Assembly (NCBI GenBank): GCA_964399865.1
Contig: CAYNRJ010000001.1
Span: 330,050 to 394,049, forward strand
Reading direction: 5' to 3'
Length of the DNA stretch: 64,000 bases
DNA from: an uncultured Candidatus Saccharibacteria bacterium
GTDB taxonomy: Bacteria > Patescibacteriota > Minisyncoccia > Phycocordibacterales > UBA2100
The notes beneath the pieces are model-generated. The model saw nothing but the letters and a program-made list of their open reading frames with translations. It was not told the origin of the DNA and made no database searches. The position numbers and the translations under genes are program-made. Of this stretch, positions 61,894 to 64,000 are shown one piece after another; within the stretch, counting starts at the first letter, position 1, and each line of letters starts with the position of its first letter.

Positions 61894-64000
61894 TCAGAGC
61901 TTGCAAGGAACTTTCTTGCCAGTATCGGGATCTTTCAACAATGAGTAATGTACGGGATCATTCTTTCCACATGCGCGATAGAGGCTGGAGGTAGCTGCGA
62001 GAACATTTATCTTTATGCCGCCGATGGTGTCCTTCTGCTTATTCGAGTGATTAATACACTCCGTTGTGGTGCCGATCACCTCACAGATGACGACGTCAAA
62101 TGCTTTTCCTACTTCGTGGGGAGAAGTTCCAGGTTTGTTAACGCCCCCGCCGAGCCCGTGAAGAGCAAACTCATTGTCGACTTGGGTTTTAAGTTCCGTA
62201 CAAACGATATTTGCTGGATCAGCGTTCTTAAGCTCATTTTTCTTCTGATTGATTTCATACAAATGCGCTTGATACGCGCTTGGTCGGTACCCGGACGTAA
62301 CGGTGAAGGTCGTCGTCGTACTAACACCAAGTATTACCTGCCTGAATTTTTCGATTGCAGTCAGTAACTCTGCCTGAACTCTGGAAGGATCTAGATCAAC
62401 AGGCGGGTTCGCTGGATTCGCGTGTACTTGATTGTTGAAATCCACTGCCAAGCCTGGCGTCGGTGGCGGATACTGTGCCTCAAGATCCTCGAGGCTCGTC
62501 AGACCTGCGATTACTTTTCCAGCTTTTGTTTTACATTCATTAGGCAGCGTAACTGTAATAGTCACAGTTGTGACCCCCGAGTTCAGTGAAGCATCTTTAG
62601 CATGATACGTGAACGTATCGTTGCCGGTAAAACCTTCAGTCGGTGTGTAAGTGAACGAACCGTTAGCCTTTAATACGAGAACTCCGTTCGTTGGCTCTGT
62701 ATCTACTACAGCTTTTAAAGAATCCCCATCTGGATCGCTGTCATTGAGAAGAACACCTGGTGTAGGCACTGTGAGCTTTTTATTTTGTGTCGCCTCGTAC
62801 GTATCTGCTGTCGCTGTCGGTGACCTGTTTCCCAGAGTGGCATTCACCGTAATTGTTACGGTGGTATCTTCTGAATTCAGCTCGCCGTCACTCACACTGT
62901 AGGTAAATGTATCAATACCGGTAAAACCAGTTTTTGGCTTGTAGCTGAAAGAACCGTCACCATTAAATGTGAGGGTTCCATTCGCAGTTCCTGACTCCAG
63001 AGTTGCGCTCAAAGATTCACTTTCTGGGTCAGAATCATTTGAGAGAACGCCGGGAGCGCTCACATCCAACTTCTTACCCTTCTGAACTTCATATGTGTCC
63101 CCTGTCGCAGTTGGCGGTTGGTTTACAATCCCACAATCACCCGATGCCAAGAAACTGTAGGTCGCGAATGAAGCGTCGTAATAATAACCTTCAATCTGAT
63201 CCGTATCGTTAATATTCTGAGGGTACGTGCGAATATCTGCTTCTGATGAAGCATCCAACTTTATAAAACTTCCATCGGGATTCCGGACGAAACCGCCATA
63301 GTGGTCCGAGGAATCTCGATAATCTCCTACAATTTTGCCTGCCTCATTAATGTCTTGACCGAAAGTCTCAACGCTGCCGGGCACGTTGAATGTCACAAAA
63401 CTTCCGTCCGGATTCCGGAGGAACCCGTGAGCTCCAGAGAAATTAAGATAATATCCTGCGATCTGCCCCGCCTCGTTAATACCTCGAGCATATGTAGCAG
63501 TGCTTCCTGGGACATCAATCGTCACGAAACTTCCGTCCGGATTTCGGAGGAAACCATGATATATCGAGGCATCATCGCGATACCATCCGATAACCTGCCC
63601 GGCGTCGTTTATGTCGTACGGTACGGTAAGGTTGTTTGGTGTCCCGTCAAACGTAACAATACTTCCGTTAGCATTTCGCAGAAAACCGTGTGACCAAGCA
63701 GAGGAAGAATCATAGTAGGTTCCAGCAATCTGTCCTGTATTGCTAATGGCTACAGGATATGTCTCAGAACTTCCTGGCACATCGAACGACGCATTCCCGA
63801 TGAAACCATGGCGCCCAGCGGAGGTGGAAATGTCATCGTCATCATACCAACCGGCGATTTGTCCATTATCGTTGATGGCTAGTGCTTCAGCGTTGACACT
63901 GCCGGGTAGGTTAAGTGTCACCAAACTCCCGTTCGCATTTCGCAAAAAAGCGTAATGGACGTCGGAATCACTATAAAAACCGACTGTCTGTCCACTATTA
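61894..64000 (-). CDS. secreted multi-domain protein (5' end beyond the window): HAF-type extracellular repeats, two Ig/cadherin-like domains, C-terminal LAS/M15-like metallopeptidase motif
   Basis: At least seven ~40-aa repeats (...INEAGQIAGYY...HGFLRNPDGSFVTF.VPGS), and the frame stays open to position 64000. Two VCBS/cadherin-like domains are followed by a C-terminal SPHEVGKAFD (SxHxxGxAxD, VanY/M15-like). Confidence 0.55.
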   Translation of the reverse strand, partial: NSGQTVGFYSDSDVHYAFLRNANGSLVTLNLPGSVNAEALAINDNGQIAGWYDDDDISTSAGRHGFIGNASFDVPGSSETYPVAISNTGQIAGTYYDSSSAWSHGFLRNANGSIVTFDGTPNNLTVPYDINDAGQVIGWYRDDASIYHGFLRNPDGSFVTIDVPGSTATYARGINEAGQIAGYYLNFSGAHGFLRNPDGSFVTFNVPGSVETFGQDINEAGKIVGDYRDSSDHYGGFVRNPDGSFIKLDASSEADIRTYPQNINDTDQIEGYYYDASFATYSFLASGDCGIVNQPPTATGDTYEVQKGKKLDVSAPGVLSNDSDPESESLSATLESGTANGTLTFNGDGSFSYKPKTGFTGIDTFTYSVSDGELNSEDTTVTITVNATLGNRSPTATADTYEATQNKKLTVPTPGVLLNDSDPDGDSLKAVVDTEPTNGVLVLKANGSFTYTPTEGFTGNDTFTYHAKDASLNSGVTTVTITVTLPNECKTKAGKVIAGLTSLEDLEAQYPPPTPGLAVDFNNQVHANPANPPVDLDPSRVQAELLTAIEKFRQVILGVSTTTTFTVTSGYRPSAYQAHLYEINQKKNELKNADPANIVCTELKTQVDNEFALHGLGGGVNKPGTSPHEVGKAFDVVICEVIGTTTECINHSNKQKDTIGGIKINVLAATSSLYRACGKNDPVHYSLLKDPDTGKKVPCKL

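Noticed and set aside
1-64000. CRISPR arrays, cas genes, reverse transcriptase (DGR/retron), integrase or transposase genes, and classic toxin-antitoxin pairs
   Set aside because: Visual and six-frame inspection found no direct-repeat/spacer array, no YxDD RT motif, no tyrosine or serine recombinase signatures and no DDE transposase. The only mobile-DNA hints are compositional (GC-rich patches) and a 17-nt tRNA 5' duplication.

Overview
This is a bacterial chromosomal segment of about 48-50% GC, read with the standard genetic code (TGA, TAA and TAG all end real genes). The gene content suggests a small-genome, possibly CPR/Patescibacteria-like organism; that is an inference and a weak one.

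Layout along the window:
- 1-15.3 kb: one long minus-strand envelope-glycan locus. It holds two polytopic GT-C-like membrane proteins, three GT4 and three GT2 glycosyltransferases (one polyprenol-phosphate type, one processive with a QxxRW motif), a Wzx-like flippase and a cytidylyltransferase-cupin fusion. A CAP-domain protein and a peptidoglycan-binding protein flank it.
- 15.3-30.3 kb: an island of nine minus-strand secreted-protein genes. Three are large paralogous surface proteins (1286, 585 and 739 aa) sharing a ~30-aa Cys repeat, Asp-rich Cys-bounded Ca-binding-like loops, poly-Gly/GGGSS tracts, DUF11 repeats and a C-terminal PG_binding_1 domain. The island also carries an RTX-like nonapeptide-repeat protein, two curlin-like Gly/Asn-rich paralogs and several small secreted proteins. 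A shared 21-bp upstream motif and a ~700-bp ORF-free terminator-bracketed segment lie in the same island.
- 30.6-40.5 kb: housekeeping and redox genes, with a DsbB-thioredoxin pair, hisS, tRNA-Phe, tRNA-Arg and tRNA-Gly, and an HxlR regulator next to a DapB-like reductase.
- 40.7-61.6 kb: lepA, murJ, an O-antigen-ligase/TPR protein, RNase P RNA with its promoter and terminator, class II RNR, an arginase-family enzyme, SemiSWEET, a ~1.7-kb high-GC islet carrying a FabI-like reductase, trmH, tRNA-Ser, tRNA-Glu, pyrG, ftsEX, a short prfB and an EamA transporter.
- 61.9 kb to the window end: a partial HAF-repeat surface protein with a C-terminal M15-like peptidase motif.

Noncoding signals that stand out most:
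- A 59-nt structured repeat present twice (3' of murJ and 3' of the RNR gene) with three compensatory stem changes.
- Three in-frame 23-bp palindromes inside one membrane-protein gene.
- A 10-bp motif array in a divergent intergenic region.

No CRISPR array, reverse transcriptase or integrase was found.
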